Positions 40,060-50,276 are shown, counted from the first letter of the stretch. The stretch is 64,000 nucleotides of DNA from Bacteroidia bacterium (GCA_044368575.1 JBIPPH010000001.1:65663-129662), one strand, 5' to 3'. Numbers and translations: made by a program. The notes: generated from the sequence alone by a model not told the origin.

Positions 40060-40953
40060 ATGAAGGTATTAGACACCGAGCATAATTTTTTAGGCATAGA
40101 AGAGCCTGAATTGTATCAATATGATCAGGCCAAAGTGGTGATTCAGTCTGCGCCCTATGAACATACTTCATCTTACGTTCAAGGTAGTGATAAAGGGCCA
40201 TCAGCCATAATTGATGCCAGTCATTTCGTGGAGTTTTTTGATGAAGAAACCAATCAAGAAGCTTATAAAAAATTTGGCATAGCTACTCTAGAGCCTATGG
40301 ATTTTACCGGTAAAGTAAATAAAGCTGCGGTAGATCACATCGAAGCAGAAACTTTAAAACATTTGAATAACGGTAAGTATGTTGTCTCTTTGGGCTCTGA
40401 ACATACCGTTACCTTAGGTTTTGTGTCAGCCTTTATGAAGCATCACAGTGAGTTTTCAGTTTTGCAAATTGATGCTCATTCTGATTTAAGATCAGCATAC
40501 CATGACAATCCGTATTCACATGCCAGTGTATTGGCCAGAATCCACGATTTAAATGTGCCTATATGTCAAGTTGGTATTCGTGCTCAATGTAAAGAGGAAT
40601 ACGATTTGATTCAATCTTCGCCGTTGATCAATACTTGGTATGCCCATCAAATTCAAGACAACGATGATTGGATGGATGCTTGTATCGCAGCCTTAAAAGA
40701 TAAAGTGTATTTAACCATTGATGCTGACGGCTTTGACCCATCTGTTATGCCAGCTGTAGGAACGGCTGAGCCTGGTGGTTTAATGTGGCACCAAGGTTTG
40801 AAGTTCTTTAAAAAATTAGCTGCTAAAAAACAAATCATTGGATTTGATATAGTTGAGTGTGCGCCAAAAGAAGGCGAAATATTAACCCAATTCAATTTGG
40901 CCAAATTGCTCTACAAAATTTTAGGCTATTGTAGTCATAACGGTCAATTATAA
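40060..40953 (+). CDS. arginase-family ureohydrolase (agmatinase-like)
   Basis: 297 aa; Mn-binding motifs GSEHTVT, QIDAHSDLR, LTIDADGFDP and VECAP. Confidence 0.8.
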   Translation: MKVLDTEHNFLGIEEPELYQYDQAKVVIQSAPYEHTSSYVQGSDKGPSAIIDASHFVEFFDEETNQEAYKKFGIATLEPMDFTGKVNKAAVDHIEAETLKHLNNGKYVVSLGSEHTVTLGFVSAFMKHHSEFSVLQIDAHSDLRSAYHDNPYSHASVLARIHDLNVPICQVGIRAQCKEEYDLIQSSPLINTWYAHQIQDNDDWMDACIAALKDKVYLTIDADGFDPSVMPAVGTAEPGGLMWHQGLKFFKKLAAKKQIIGFDIVECAPKEGEILTQFNLAKLLYKILGYCSHNGQL

Positions 40954-40954
40954 C

Positions 40955-42103
40955 ATGAAAGTCTATTTGGATAATGCCGCAACAACTCCCCTTGATTCTG
41001 AGGTGATAGAGGTTATGTTGCCGGTAATGCGCAATGATTTTGGCAATCCTTCATCATCGCATGCATTTGGCAGAAAGGTTAAAGCTCATATTGAGACCAG
41101 TCGCAAAACCATTGCGAAATTATTAAACGTTAGTCCTGCAGAAATTATCTTTACTTCTGGCGGAACAGAGGCAGATAATACCGCCATTCGTTCTAGTGTA
41201 GAATTAATGGGGGTTAGACACATCATTACTTCGCCCATTGAACACCATGCTGTTTTACATACTGTAGAGGAATTAGCCCACAGTGGAGCGGTTCAAATGC
41301 ATTTGGTAAATTTGCTTCCAGATGGTCATGTTGATCTTCAGGATTTAGAAGCATTATTAAAGTCACATCAAAATGTATTGGTGTCTTTGATGCACGGTAA
41401 TAATGAAGTTGGCAATCTTTTAGACATTGAAGCAGTTAGTCAACTTTGTAGACAAAACAATGCATTGTTCCATTGCGATACCGTTCAAACCATGGCCCAT
41501 TACGCATTTGATTTTAAAGCCTTAGATTTGGATTTTGCAGTAGGTGCTGCTCATAAATTCAATGGCCCAAAAGGTGTAGGGTTTTTATATTACAATAAAC
41601 GCAATAAGATCAGACCACTCATTACTGGCGGTGCTCAAGAACGTGAGTTAAGAGCCGGTACAGAAAATGTATACGGTATAGTAGGTTTGGCTAAGGCAAT
41701 GGAAATAGCTTACCGCGATTTGACTAAAAAACAAGCCCATATTAAAGGCTTGAAAGATTATTTTATTGAGCAAGTTAAAGCTGAATTTCCGAGCATACAA
41801 TTTAATGGCGATACAGCTGGTAGAAGTTTGTATACGGTTTTAAGTTTAGCTTTTCCTCCAGAAGTGTCAAGTGATATTTTACTGTTCAGTTTTGATTTAC
41901 AAGGCATAGCTGTTTCAGGTGGTAGTGCTTGCAGCTCAGGTAGTAACACAGGCTCTCATGTTATTAGAGGTATTGGTAAACATCTGGATTGTGCGCCCGT
42001 AAGATTTTCTTTTGGAAAACACAATACCAAAGCCGAAGTGGATTACGTATTAGGCTTTATTCGCAGTTTGTTTGAACAGAGCAAAAAGAAAGCATCACTC
42101 TAA
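40955..42103 (+). CDS. cysteine desulfurase (class V aminotransferase, NifS/IscS-like)
   Basis: 382 aa; VYLDNAATTP start, FTSGGTEADN, HKFNGPKG (PLP Lys) and SGGSACSSG active-site Cys loop. Confidence 0.88.
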   Translation: MKVYLDNAATTPLDSEVIEVMLPVMRNDFGNPSSSHAFGRKVKAHIETSRKTIAKLLNVSPAEIIFTSGGTEADNTAIRSSVELMGVRHIITSPIEHHAVLHTVEELAHSGAVQMHLVNLLPDGHVDLQDLEALLKSHQNVLVSLMHGNNEVGNLLDIEAVSQLCRQNNALFHCDTVQTMAHYAFDFKALDLDFAVGAAHKFNGPKGVGFLYYNKRNKIRPLITGGAQERELRAGTENVYGIVGLAKAMEIAYRDLTKKQAHIKGLKDYFIEQVKAEFPSIQFNGDTAGRSLYTVLSLAFPPEVSSDILLFSFDLQGIAVSGGSACSSGSNTGSHVIRGIGKHLDCAPVRFSFGKHNTKAEVDYVLGFIRSLFEQSKKKASL

Positions 42104-42783
42104 TGCCTAAAATCAACATAGCCATAGACGGTTATTCAAGTTGCGGTAAAGGGACTTTAGCCAGTATGTTGGCAAAAGCTTTCAACTACACTATGATTGA
42201 TACTGGTGCTATGTACAGAGCGGTAACTTTGTATTTAATGCAGCATGGCATTGATATCAATGACCACAAGGCCATAGAAGCTGTATTGCCCCAAATTCAT
42301 ATTTCCTGGCAAACCATTGATCAGAAGCAGGTCACTTTTTTAAACGGCAATAACGTGGAAGACCAAATTCGCAGTATGGCTGTGGCCAATATGGTTAGTC
42401 CTGTTAGTCAGATAGATGTTGTAAGACATTTTTTAGTGCAGCAACAACAACAACTCGGACAATCTAAGGGGGTAGTGATGGATGGAAGAGATATTGGCAC
42501 TGTAGTGTTTCCGGATGCAGAGGTTAAATTTTTTATGACAGCTTCTGCTGAGGTTCGCGCTCAACGCCGCTATTCAGAAATGCAACAAAAAGGGCAAACC
42601 TCGCTCAGCTTTGATCAAGTTTTGCAGAACTTGAATGAACGCGATTATTTAGACACTCACAGAGCGCATAGTCCATTGCAACAAGCACCTGATGCTATTG
42701 TGATTGATAATTCACAATTAAGCATTCAAGCCCAATTGGATTTGGCCATTGAAATAGTTCAAGCTAAAATCAATAGCCTTTGA
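42103..42783 (+). CDS. cmk: cytidylate kinase
   Basis: 226 aa; IAIDGYSSCGKGT P-loop, DTGAMYRA, MDGRDIGTVVFPDA. Confidence 0.93.
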   Translation: MPKINIAIDGYSSCGKGTLASMLAKAFNYTMIDTGAMYRAVTLYLMQHGIDINDHKAIEAVLPQIHISWQTIDQKQVTFLNGNNVEDQIRSMAVANMVSPVSQIDVVRHFLVQQQQQLGQSKGVVMDGRDIGTVVFPDAEVKFFMTASAEVRAQRRYSEMQQKGQTSLSFDQVLQNLNERDYLDTHRAHSPLQQAPDAIVIDNSQLSIQAQLDLAIEIVQAKINSL

Positions 42784-42838
42784 TTTGGTTTTAGGAATTC
42801 AATCAGAATAATTGCACTTTTGTAAACACTATTGATTT

Positions 42839-44023
42839 ATGGAATCTAGCATTAAGCAATTAGCTAAAGCCATTCGCGAGGACATCATTGCCATTCGCCA
42901 TGACATTCATCAACATCCAGAATTGTCTTTTCAAGAAGAAAGAACAGCTCAGAAAGTAGAAACCTATTTAAAAGGTTTAGGGCTCGAAACCCATCGCATT
43001 TCTAATACTGGTGTTTGGGCCATGATACAAGGGGAGGCCGGTCCAGGCAAAACCCTTGCGCTTAGAGCCGACCTTGATGCTTTGCCTATTCAAGAAGCAA
43101 CGCAAAAAGACTATAAATCTGTAAATGATGGCGTAATGCATGCCTGTGGTCATGATGTGCACACCAGTGCCTTGTTAGGCGCTGCAACTATTTTGGTTCA
43201 ATTGAAGGCTCAACTTAAAGGGCAAGTCAAATTGATTTTTCAACCGGGTGAAGAAAAGTTGCCAGGTGGCGCGAGTTTACTTATTAAAGAAGGCGTTTTA
43301 AGCCATCCGCCAGTCGATGCCATTATTGGCCAGCATGTAATGCCATTAATTCCTTCAGGAAAAGTTGGGTTTAGACAAGGTTTGTATATGGCCAGTACAG
43401 ATGAAATTTACATCACTATTCATGGTAAAGGTGGTCATGGCGCAATGCCTCACTTATGTGTTGATCCGGTAGCCATTACCGCTCAGCTACTGGTGAATTT
43501 ACAACAGATAGTGAGCCGTCAGGCCAAGCCTATTTTGCCCACTGTATTAAGCTTCGGGAAGTTATATTCTCATGGAGGGGCTACTAATGTTATCCCTAAT
43601 GCGGTAAGCGTTGAAGGCACACTTAGAACCTTAGATGAAAGCTGGAGAGCTGAGGTAAAAACCCTAATCAGCAAGATGTGTCATAGCATTGCAGAAGCCA
43701 ATGGTGCTAAAGCTGAGGTCAGAATTGAAAATGGCTATCCATTCTTAAAAAATGATGAAGCGCTTACCGTTTTTTTTACACAAGCGGCTAAAACATATAT
43801 GGGAGAAGCACAAGTTGAACCATTGGATATTTGGATGGCGGCAGAAGATTTTGCATACTACAGCCAAGAAGTACCAGCCTGTTTTTATAGACTAGGTACC
43901 CGCAACGAAGCTAAAGGCATAGTGTCTTCTGTGCACACCAATACCTTTGATATTGATGAAGATGCTATCGAAGACGGTTGTGGTTTAATGGCTTATCTTG
44001 CTTTTCAGTACTTGAATGCCTAA
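42839..44023 (+). CDS. M20 family amidohydrolase (N-acyl-amino-acid amidohydrolase type)
   Basis: 394 aa; HQHPELSFQE, MHACGHDVHT, FQPGEE motifs. Confidence 0.88.
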   Translation: MESSIKQLAKAIREDIIAIRHDIHQHPELSFQEERTAQKVETYLKGLGLETHRISNTGVWAMIQGEAGPGKTLALRADLDALPIQEATQKDYKSVNDGVMHACGHDVHTSALLGAATILVQLKAQLKGQVKLIFQPGEEKLPGGASLLIKEGVLSHPPVDAIIGQHVMPLIPSGKVGFRQGLYMASTDEIYITIHGKGGHGAMPHLCVDPVAITAQLLVNLQQIVSRQAKPILPTVLSFGKLYSHGGATNVIPNAVSVEGTLRTLDESWRAEVKTLISKMCHSIAEANGAKAEVRIENGYPFLKNDEALTVFFTQAAKTYMGEAQVEPLDIWMAAEDFAYYSQEVPACFYRLGTRNEAKGIVSSVHTNTFDIDEDAIEDGCGLMAYLAFQYLNA

Positions 44024-44091
44024 ACGCCTTTTTATTGGACGTTTATAGCAGCAAGTGGATATCTCAAAACAGGCCAAAATGCGTTAAGCTT

Positions 44092-44099
44092 TAATTTTG
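44092..44099 (+). promoter_or_regulatory. -7 type promoter box TAATTTTG
   Basis: Exact match 5 nt upstream of the ddl GTG at 44105. Confidence 0.45.
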
Positions 44100-44104
44100 T
44101 TGAT

Positions 44105-45169
44105 GTGAAAACATTAGCCATTATTACTGGGGGAAAATCGCCTGAACACGATGTTGCCATCATTTCTTCAAGAAATATTTTTAAAGCAGTTGATACAACT
44201 CAATACGAGATTAAAGTTGTAGGGATATCTAAAAGTGGTCAATGGTATTTATTGCCTGATCAAACCCTATTTGAAGAAGGTATAAAAATTGGCGAACAGT
44301 CGTCGCATTTGCCATTATGTGTTTTACCTTTTGATGACTATCCCATTCGATTGCAAAATGGTTTAGAACCAGTTAAAATTGATGTGTTTTTTCCTATTGC
44401 ACATGGTGTTTATGGGGAGGATGGTATACTTCAAGGCGTACTTGAGAATACCAATAAACCTTATGTAGGACCAGGTGTTTTGGGTTCAGCCATTGGCATG
44501 GATAAAGATGTTGCCAAACAATTGTTGGCTTTTAATGGTATTCAAGTAACACCTTGGGTAACCTTGTATAAAGGAGATGAAATTCCTTGGGCTAACATAG
44601 AAGCTCTTGGCTTTCCTGTTTTTGTTAAACCTGCCAATATGGGTTCTGGTGTTGGGGTTGAAAAAGCGAGTACTTTAGAGGAATTAAAAAGTTGTATAGA
44701 GCGCGCTTTTACTTATGATATTAAACTCTTAATAGAAAAGGGCATAAATGGAAGAGAGGTTGAGACTGCTGTATTAGGCAACTTAAAAACCAAAGGTACT
44801 GGCGTAGGGGAAATCATAGTAGAATCAGGTTTCTATACCTATGAAAACAAATACATTAATGCAGCCACCAAGGTAGTGATTCCTGCAGAAAACTTATCTG
44901 AAGCAAGCATTGCTTTGATTCAATCAACGGCTTTAAAAGCCTATAGGGTTTTACAGTTAGAGGGTATGAGTAGAGTAGACTTTTTCTATGTAAATGATGA
45001 TACTTTTTACTTGAATGAGGTGAATACCCTGCCAGGCTTTACCAATATTAGTATGTATCCTAAGTTGTGGGAAGCAGCAGGATTGCCTTACACAGCTTTA
45101 ATTAGTGAACTAATAGCTGTTGCAATCGAGCGTTTTAATATGCGCCAATCGCTTAATAGAAGCCTATAA
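44105..45169 (+). CDS. ddl: D-alanine--D-alanine ligase
   Basis: 354 aa; ATP-grasp, with GGKSPEHDVAI start, HGVYGEDGILQG and C-terminal EVNTLPGFT. Confidence 0.93.
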   Translation: MKTLAIITGGKSPEHDVAIISSRNIFKAVDTTQYEIKVVGISKSGQWYLLPDQTLFEEGIKIGEQSSHLPLCVLPFDDYPIRLQNGLEPVKIDVFFPIAHGVYGEDGILQGVLENTNKPYVGPGVLGSAIGMDKDVAKQLLAFNGIQVTPWVTLYKGDEIPWANIEALGFPVFVKPANMGSGVGVEKASTLEELKSCIERAFTYDIKLLIEKGINGREVETAVLGNLKTKGTGVGEIIVESGFYTYENKYINAATKVVIPAENLSEASIALIQSTALKAYRVLQLEGMSRVDFFYVNDDTFYLNEVNTLPGFTNISMYPKLWEAAGLPYTALISELIAVAIERFNMRQSLNRSL

Positions 45170-45619
45170 TTACCAGGTGTGGTCTACCACAATCTTCCAT
45201 GCTTTTGATTGTTCTTGAAAAATCAATGAAAAGTAGCCACCGCTGTTTTGATTACTAACAATCTGCCATTTGCCGGTTACTTGATAGGTTTTAGGTTGAT
45301 CTGCTAATTTGAAAATACTCAGGTCTTCAAAGCTTAATTTACCCATCTTTTCTGAAGAGGAGTAATGGCGTTTATAATTGGCTGCAACTGAGTCATAATT
45401 GAATCTTGTACCATTTTTACCAATAAACTTTAAGGCAGCATTGTGCCAATAACCTTGCATGAATCCATCTATACTGCCATTGTTCCAATCCCTCACTTGT
45501 TGATCCAATACAGCTATAATGGCAGTAGAATCTGCTGATTGTGTATTGGCGGTTTGGCTTGTGCTAGTTTGGCATGACATCATACCACAGACGATAAAAA
45601 GGCATAGAATTGCTTTCAT
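45170..45619 (-). CDS. SnoaL/DUF4440-like (NTF2 fold) lipoprotein
   Basis: Lipobox CGMMSC, then WNNGSIDGFMQGYW and a C-terminal WKIVVDHTW typical of NTF2-like folds. Start set to the ATG at 45619. Confidence 0.5.
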   Translation of the reverse strand: MKAILCLFIVCGMMSCQTSTSQTANTQSADSTAIIAVLDQQVRDWNNGSIDGFMQGYWHNAALKFIGKNGTRFNYDSVAANYKRHYSSSEKMGKLSFEDLSIFKLADQPKTYQVTGKWQIVSNQNSGGYFSLIFQEQSKAWKIVVDHTW

Positions 45620-45631
45620 ATTCAATTAAAG

Positions 45632-45647
45632 TATCTTTGCAAAGATA
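45632..45647. promoter_or_regulatory. perfect 16-nt palindrome carrying a TATCTTTG box on each strand (candidate divergent promoters)
   Basis: TATCTTTGCAAAGATA is its own reverse complement. It lies in the 29-nt spacer between the ATG at 45619 (minus) and the ATG at 45649 (plus). Confidence 0.5.
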
Positions 45648-45648
45648 A

Positions 45649-46719
45649 ATGAACGCCATGCAAAACGAAGCAAAAGTAGATGTTATAGTGGTAGGAGGCG
45701 GTTTGGCTGGCATTTGGACTTGCTTCAGGCTGATTGCGTTAAATAAAAAAGTTGCCTTAATTGATTTGCCTGAGGGCAATTGTAGTTCAAGTATTGCTGC
45801 AGGCATTTATAATCCCTTATTGGCTAAACATCAAAAGTTATCCTACAAGGCCCATGAAATTTATCCTCATATAGCTGAAGAATATGCCAGAATCGAAGCA
45901 TATATAAATGAGCAGGTTCACCATGCTATGCCTATAGCGTATATCATCGATCAATTAAAAACACTAAATGATTGGGCTGGCTTATGTAGTGATGATCGAT
46001 TCAAACCTTTTGTTAGCCTAAACAATGAAAGGTTATCTGATAACATCATTTCAGAGCTTGGGTATTTAAGCATACAATCATCTGCTTGGGTTGATATTCC
46101 GCATTTGATGAAAGCCTTTAACACTGCCATACAATCAAAGCACATCTATCTTAATCAAACATTTGATTACACTTCACTTCAGATACATGAAGACCATCTT
46201 CGTTATCAAAACCTTTTTGCGGATAAAATTGTGTTTTGTGAGGGCATTGGCATACAACAGAATCCTTTCGCAAGTCATATTCGCCTAAAACCGGCAAAAG
46301 GAGAGATATTGCTTATTAATAGTCAATGTGCGGTCAATGATTGTATCCCTCAACAAGGGGTGTTTTTGTTGCCTGTAGCACCTAATACCTTTAAAGTCGG
46401 CTCAAACTTTGAATGGCAACAATTAGATACACAAATAACTGATTCAGCAAAGCAAGAAATAGTAGACAAACTTTGTGAGTGGTTTAAAGAACCTTTTGAG
46501 ATCACAGATCATAAAGCTGGTATAAGACCCTCCAGTCATGACCGCAGACCAATACTTGGCGCCTTAGATGCCCATCAACAATTGTTTGTATTCAATGGAT
46601 TAGGGTCCAAAGGTGTGGCCTTATCGCCTTATTACAGTCAGTGTTTAGTTGATCACATGTACAATGGAACGCAGATTGACGATGAAGTATCTGTTAATCG
46701 TTACAAGCCTAAATGCTGA
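45649..46719 (+). CDS. FAD-dependent oxidoreductase (DAO family)
   Basis: 356 aa; the dinucleotide-binding VDVIVVGGGLAGIW lies at the N-terminus. Confidence 0.8.
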   Translation: MNAMQNEAKVDVIVVGGGLAGIWTCFRLIALNKKVALIDLPEGNCSSSIAAGIYNPLLAKHQKLSYKAHEIYPHIAEEYARIEAYINEQVHHAMPIAYIIDQLKTLNDWAGLCSDDRFKPFVSLNNERLSDNIISELGYLSIQSSAWVDIPHLMKAFNTAIQSKHIYLNQTFDYTSLQIHEDHLRYQNLFADKIVFCEGIGIQQNPFASHIRLKPAKGEILLINSQCAVNDCIPQQGVFLLPVAPNTFKVGSNFEWQQLDTQITDSAKQEIVDKLCEWFKEPFEITDHKAGIRPSSHDRRPILGALDAHQQLFVFNGLGSKGVALSPYYSQCLVDHMYNGTQIDDEVSVNRYKPKC

Positions 46720-47429
46720 CAAGCTTTAACACAAGCCATTTCTTCAGCTGTTTTTTTACTGATGTTGCTGACGGAAGCAATTTGTTCTCCCTCTAAAACA
46801 ACTGCCATTTCATAGACCTTTCTTTTTTGAGAGTCATCAACGTTCAACAATACCATTTCCAGGGTTCTTTTTTCTTTTTGAGCCCATTTAATGAGTTTGG
46901 CTTTATAGCTCAGTTCTTCTTGCAGTAATGTGTCAAAATCAATGTGCTGAACCAAGATGGTATTTAAGATAAATTTTCTGGTAAAGTTGAAACCTTTGTC
47001 GAGGTAAATAGCGCCAATCAAGCTCTCAAAAGCATTGCCTGCGACACCCTCTAAAAAGGCAGGATTATTCTTTAATTTTTGATCGTAAAACAACAATTGA
47101 TGAATACCCATCTTCTTGGCTATTTGATTGAGTTTATTGCGACCAACAATTTTAGATCTGGTTTCTGTTAAGAAACCCTCATTTTGATAGGGAAACTTTA
47201 AATACAATTTTTCGGCAATGACCATTCCCAAAACCGCATCCCCTAAAAATTCCAAACGTTCATTATTGCTTTTTCCTCTAGAACTTAAATGCCGATAAGA
47301 ATTGTGCGTGATAGCTATTTTGTATAAACTAATGGCATTAGGGTAGAACCCTAACACATTGTATAACTTCTCATAAAGCGCTTTGTCTTTAGACCATCGC
47401 GTCTTAAAGAAGTTAAATAACCGAATCAA
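46701..47429 (-). CDS. rnc: ribonuclease III
   Basis: 242 aa; NERLEFLGDAVLG signature and a C-terminal dsRBD. Confidence 0.95.
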   Translation of the reverse strand: MIRLFNFFKTRWSKDKALYEKLYNVLGFYPNAISLYKIAITHNSYRHLSSRGKSNNERLEFLGDAVLGMVIAEKLYLKFPYQNEGFLTETRSKIVGRNKLNQIAKKMGIHQLLFYDQKLKNNPAFLEGVAGNAFESLIGAIYLDKGFNFTRKFILNTILVQHIDFDTLLQEELSYKAKLIKWAQKEKRTLEMVLLNVDDSQKRKVYEMAVVLEGEQIASVSNISKKTAEEMACVKACQHLGL

Positions 47430-47435
47430 AGTGTA

Positions 47436-48683
47436 TTACAGTTTTTTGAAAATAACAGTGGCATTGTGACCTCCAAAACCAAATGTATTACTCACTGCCA
47501 CATTGATGTTTCTTTGTTGGGCAGTGTTAAACGTTAAATTCAATTTAGGATCGATGTTTTCATCGTCCGTAAAATGATTGATGGTTGGGGGAACAAGACT
47601 GTGTTGCATTGCCATGATAGAGGCCACAGCTTCAACAGCTCCAGCGCCTCCTAATAAATGGCCAGTCATAGATTTGGTTGAACTAATGTTCATCTTATAA
47701 GAATGCTCACCAAAAACGGATTGAATGGCTTTTAGTTCAGCAATATCACCCAATGGGGTAGATGTACCGTGAACATTGATGTAATCAATATCAGTTGTGC
47801 TTAATTGAGCATCTTCTAAAGCCCAGTTCATACATCTGATAACCCCTAAACCTTCAGGGTGTGGTGCAGTCATGTGATAGGCGTCAGCACTTAAACCAGC
47901 GCCAGCTACTTCACAATATATTTTAGCTCCTCTAGCAATGGCGTGTTCATATTCTTCCAACACCAAGGCTGCGGAGCCTTCTCCCAATACAAACCCATCT
48001 CTGTCTTTGTCAAAAGGACGAGAAGCTGTTTTCGGAGAGTCGTTTCTTTCACTAAGGGCTTTCATGTTGCAGAATCCGCCAACGGCAGGTTCATTCACAC
48101 AAGCTTCAGATCCGCCAGTAATGATCAATGGACTTTTACCCATTCTTATCATGTTAAAGGCATCAATTAATGCATTGTTACTAGATGCACATGCAGAAAC
48201 TGTGGTGTAATTTGGCCCACCAAAGCCATACTTAATACTCACCAAACCTCCAGCAATATCTGAAATCATTTTGGTGATAAAGAAAGGAGAGAATCTAGGC
48301 GTTCCATCGCCTTTAGCAAATTCTACACTTTCATTGAAAAAGGATGTTAATCCACCAATGCCTGAACCCCATATTACCCCGATTTTTGATTTGTCAATCT
48401 TTTCAAGATCTAAACCAGCATCTTTAATGGCTTCTTCTGTTGTTACATGTGCAAATTGGGCAAATCTATCCATTTTTCTAGCCTCTTTACGGTCCATAAA
48501 GTCTTCAGGGTTGAAGCCTTTAACTTCGCAAGCAAAGGTGGACTTAAATTTAGAGGTGTCAAACAATGTGATTTTGTCGGCTCCACTCACACCATTAGAC
48601 AAACCATTCCAATACGATTGGAGATCGTTGCCTAACGGTGTAAGAGCACCCATACCCGTAACGACTACACGTTTTAACTGCAT
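47436..48683 (-). CDS. fabF: beta-ketoacyl-ACP synthase II
   Basis: 415 aa; RVVVTGMG start, active-site ACASS, HGTSTPLGD, and GHLLGGAG/FGFGGHN motifs. Confidence 0.97.
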   Translation of the reverse strand: MQLKRVVVTGMGALTPLGNDLQSYWNGLSNGVSGADKITLFDTSKFKSTFACEVKGFNPEDFMDRKEARKMDRFAQFAHVTTEEAIKDAGLDLEKIDKSKIGVIWGSGIGGLTSFFNESVEFAKGDGTPRFSPFFITKMISDIAGGLVSIKYGFGGPNYTTVSACASSNNALIDAFNMIRMGKSPLIITGGSEACVNEPAVGGFCNMKALSERNDSPKTASRPFDKDRDGFVLGEGSAALVLEEYEHAIARGAKIYCEVAGAGLSADAYHMTAPHPEGLGVIRCMNWALEDAQLSTTDIDYINVHGTSTPLGDIAELKAIQSVFGEHSYKMNISSTKSMTGHLLGGAGAVEAVASIMAMQHSLVPPTINHFTDDENIDPKLNLTFNTAQQRNINVAVSNTFGFGGHNATVIFKKL

Positions 48684-48705
48684 GTGTTGTTAGAGGGAAT
48701 AAAAA

Positions 48706-48942
48706 TTACTTTGCGTTGTTTTCGATGTATGAAATGGCATCGCCAACAGTGCCGATTTTCTCAGCTTGCTCATCAGGAATGGCGATATTGAATTCTTTTT
48801 CAAATTCCATGATCAACTCTACAGTGTCTAATGAATCTGCACCTAGGTCGTTGGTGAAACTTGCTTCTGGCGTAACTTCACTTGCTTCAACGCCTAATTT
48901 GTCAACGATGATTGACTTTACTTTTTCTGCTACTTCTGACAT
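48706..48942 (-). CDS. acpP: acyl carrier protein
   Basis: 78 aa; [17 protein letters not shown] phosphopantetheine site. Confidence 0.98.
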   Translation of the reverse strand: MSEVAEKVKSIIVDKLGVEASEVTPEASFTNDLGADSLDTVELIMEFEKEFNIAIPDEQAEKIGTVGDAISYIENNAK

Positions 48943-49126
48943 GATGTATTATTTTTTAATTTGCTGCAAATAACCATATTTTTTGAAACATAAACACATT
49001 TTTTTTTGGGAATTTGTATACCAATAGGCCGATGATAAAGCGACAAAAAATAGCTTAAGTATTTGTTTTACAGTGTTTTATGTGCAATGTATAGGTTTTG
49101 GGTCATTGTTGAAAACAATTCCAGAT

Positions 49127-50272
49127 TTATGCTTTTTCGAGCGCTTGACTTAAATCAGCTAATAAATCTTCAATGTCTTCAACCCCAACACTTAGTCTTA
49201 ATAAGCCATCTACAACGCCTGCTTTCTCTCTCTCAGCCTTTGGAATACTAGCATGGGTCATGCTAGCAGGATGGTTGACTAAACTTTCAACGCCACCAAG
49301 AGACTCAGCAAGTGAAAAGACTTTGACATTGGTGGCAAAACGCATGGCTGCCTCAAAATCATCCCCTTTTAATGTGAATGAAACCATACCGCCAAAACCA
49401 CGCATTTGTTTTTTGGCAATGGCATGTCCTGATGCATCCTCAAAACCTGGCCAATACACTTTGCCAATTTTAGGATGTTGTTTTAAAAACTGAGCGACTT
49501 CAGCACCATTTTCACAATGGGCTTTCATTCTAAGGTGTAAGGTTTTGATTCCTCTGATGACTAAGAAACAATCCATAGGACCCGGGTTGGCGCCACAACT
49601 ATTTAATATGAAATGCAATTGCTCATACAGCGATTTTGAATTCATTACCAAAGCTCCCATGACCACATCACTGTGCCCACCTAAGTATTTTGTAGCACTA
49701 TGCATCACAATATCAGCGCCGAGATCCAAAGGGTTTTGTAAATAAGGTGAAGCAAAAGTATTGTCAATGGCCAATAACAACTGATGTTGTTTGGCAATTG
49801 CTGCAACGGCTGCTATGTCTACAATTTTAAGGGTAGGGTTGGTGGGTGTTTCTGCCCATATCATTTTGGTGTTTGAATTGATGTAGGGCAAAATAGTCTG
49901 AGCATCGTATAAATTCACGTAGTGAAATTTTACACCCATAGGCTCATATATTTTTGAAAACAATCTGTAAGATCCACCATAAATGTCATCACCAGTAATG
50001 ACCTCGTCGCCAGGTCTTAGTGTGCGCATAACGGCATCTACTGCTCCCATTCCACTGCTAAAACAAATGGCATGTTGTGCATTTTCTAATGCGGCTAAAT
50101 TATTTTCTAATTGCGTACGGGTTGGGTTTTTACCTCTCGCGTAGGCATAGCCTTTGTGTTGGCCTGGGTATTCTTGAACAAACGTAGAGGTTTGAAATAT
50201 AGGGGTCATAATGGCGCCTGTTGTAGGGTCAGCCTCAATGCCCGCGTGCAATGCTTTGGTACCGAATTTCAT
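49127..50272 (-). CDS. Cys/Met-metabolism PLP enzyme (cystathionine gamma-lyase/beta-lyase/gamma-synthase family)
   Basis: 381 aa; HSATKYLGGHSD (PLP Lys) and LAESLGGVESL motifs. Confidence 0.88.
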   Translation of the reverse strand: MKFGTKALHAGIEADPTTGAIMTPIFQTSTFVQEYPGQHKGYAYARGKNPTRTQLENNLAALENAQHAICFSSGMGAVDAVMRTLRPGDEVITGDDIYGGSYRLFSKIYEPMGVKFHYVNLYDAQTILPYINSNTKMIWAETPTNPTLKIVDIAAVAAIAKQHQLLLAIDNTFASPYLQNPLDLGADIVMHSATKYLGGHSDVVMGALVMNSKSLYEQLHFILNSCGANPGPMDCFLVIRGIKTLHLRMKAHCENGAEVAQFLKQHPKIGKVYWPGFEDASGHAIAKKQMRGFGGMVSFTLKGDDFEAAMRFATNVKVFSLAESLGGVESLVNHPASMTHASIPKAEREKAGVVDGLLRLSVGVEDIEDLLADLSQALEKA

Positions 50273-50276
50273 AATT

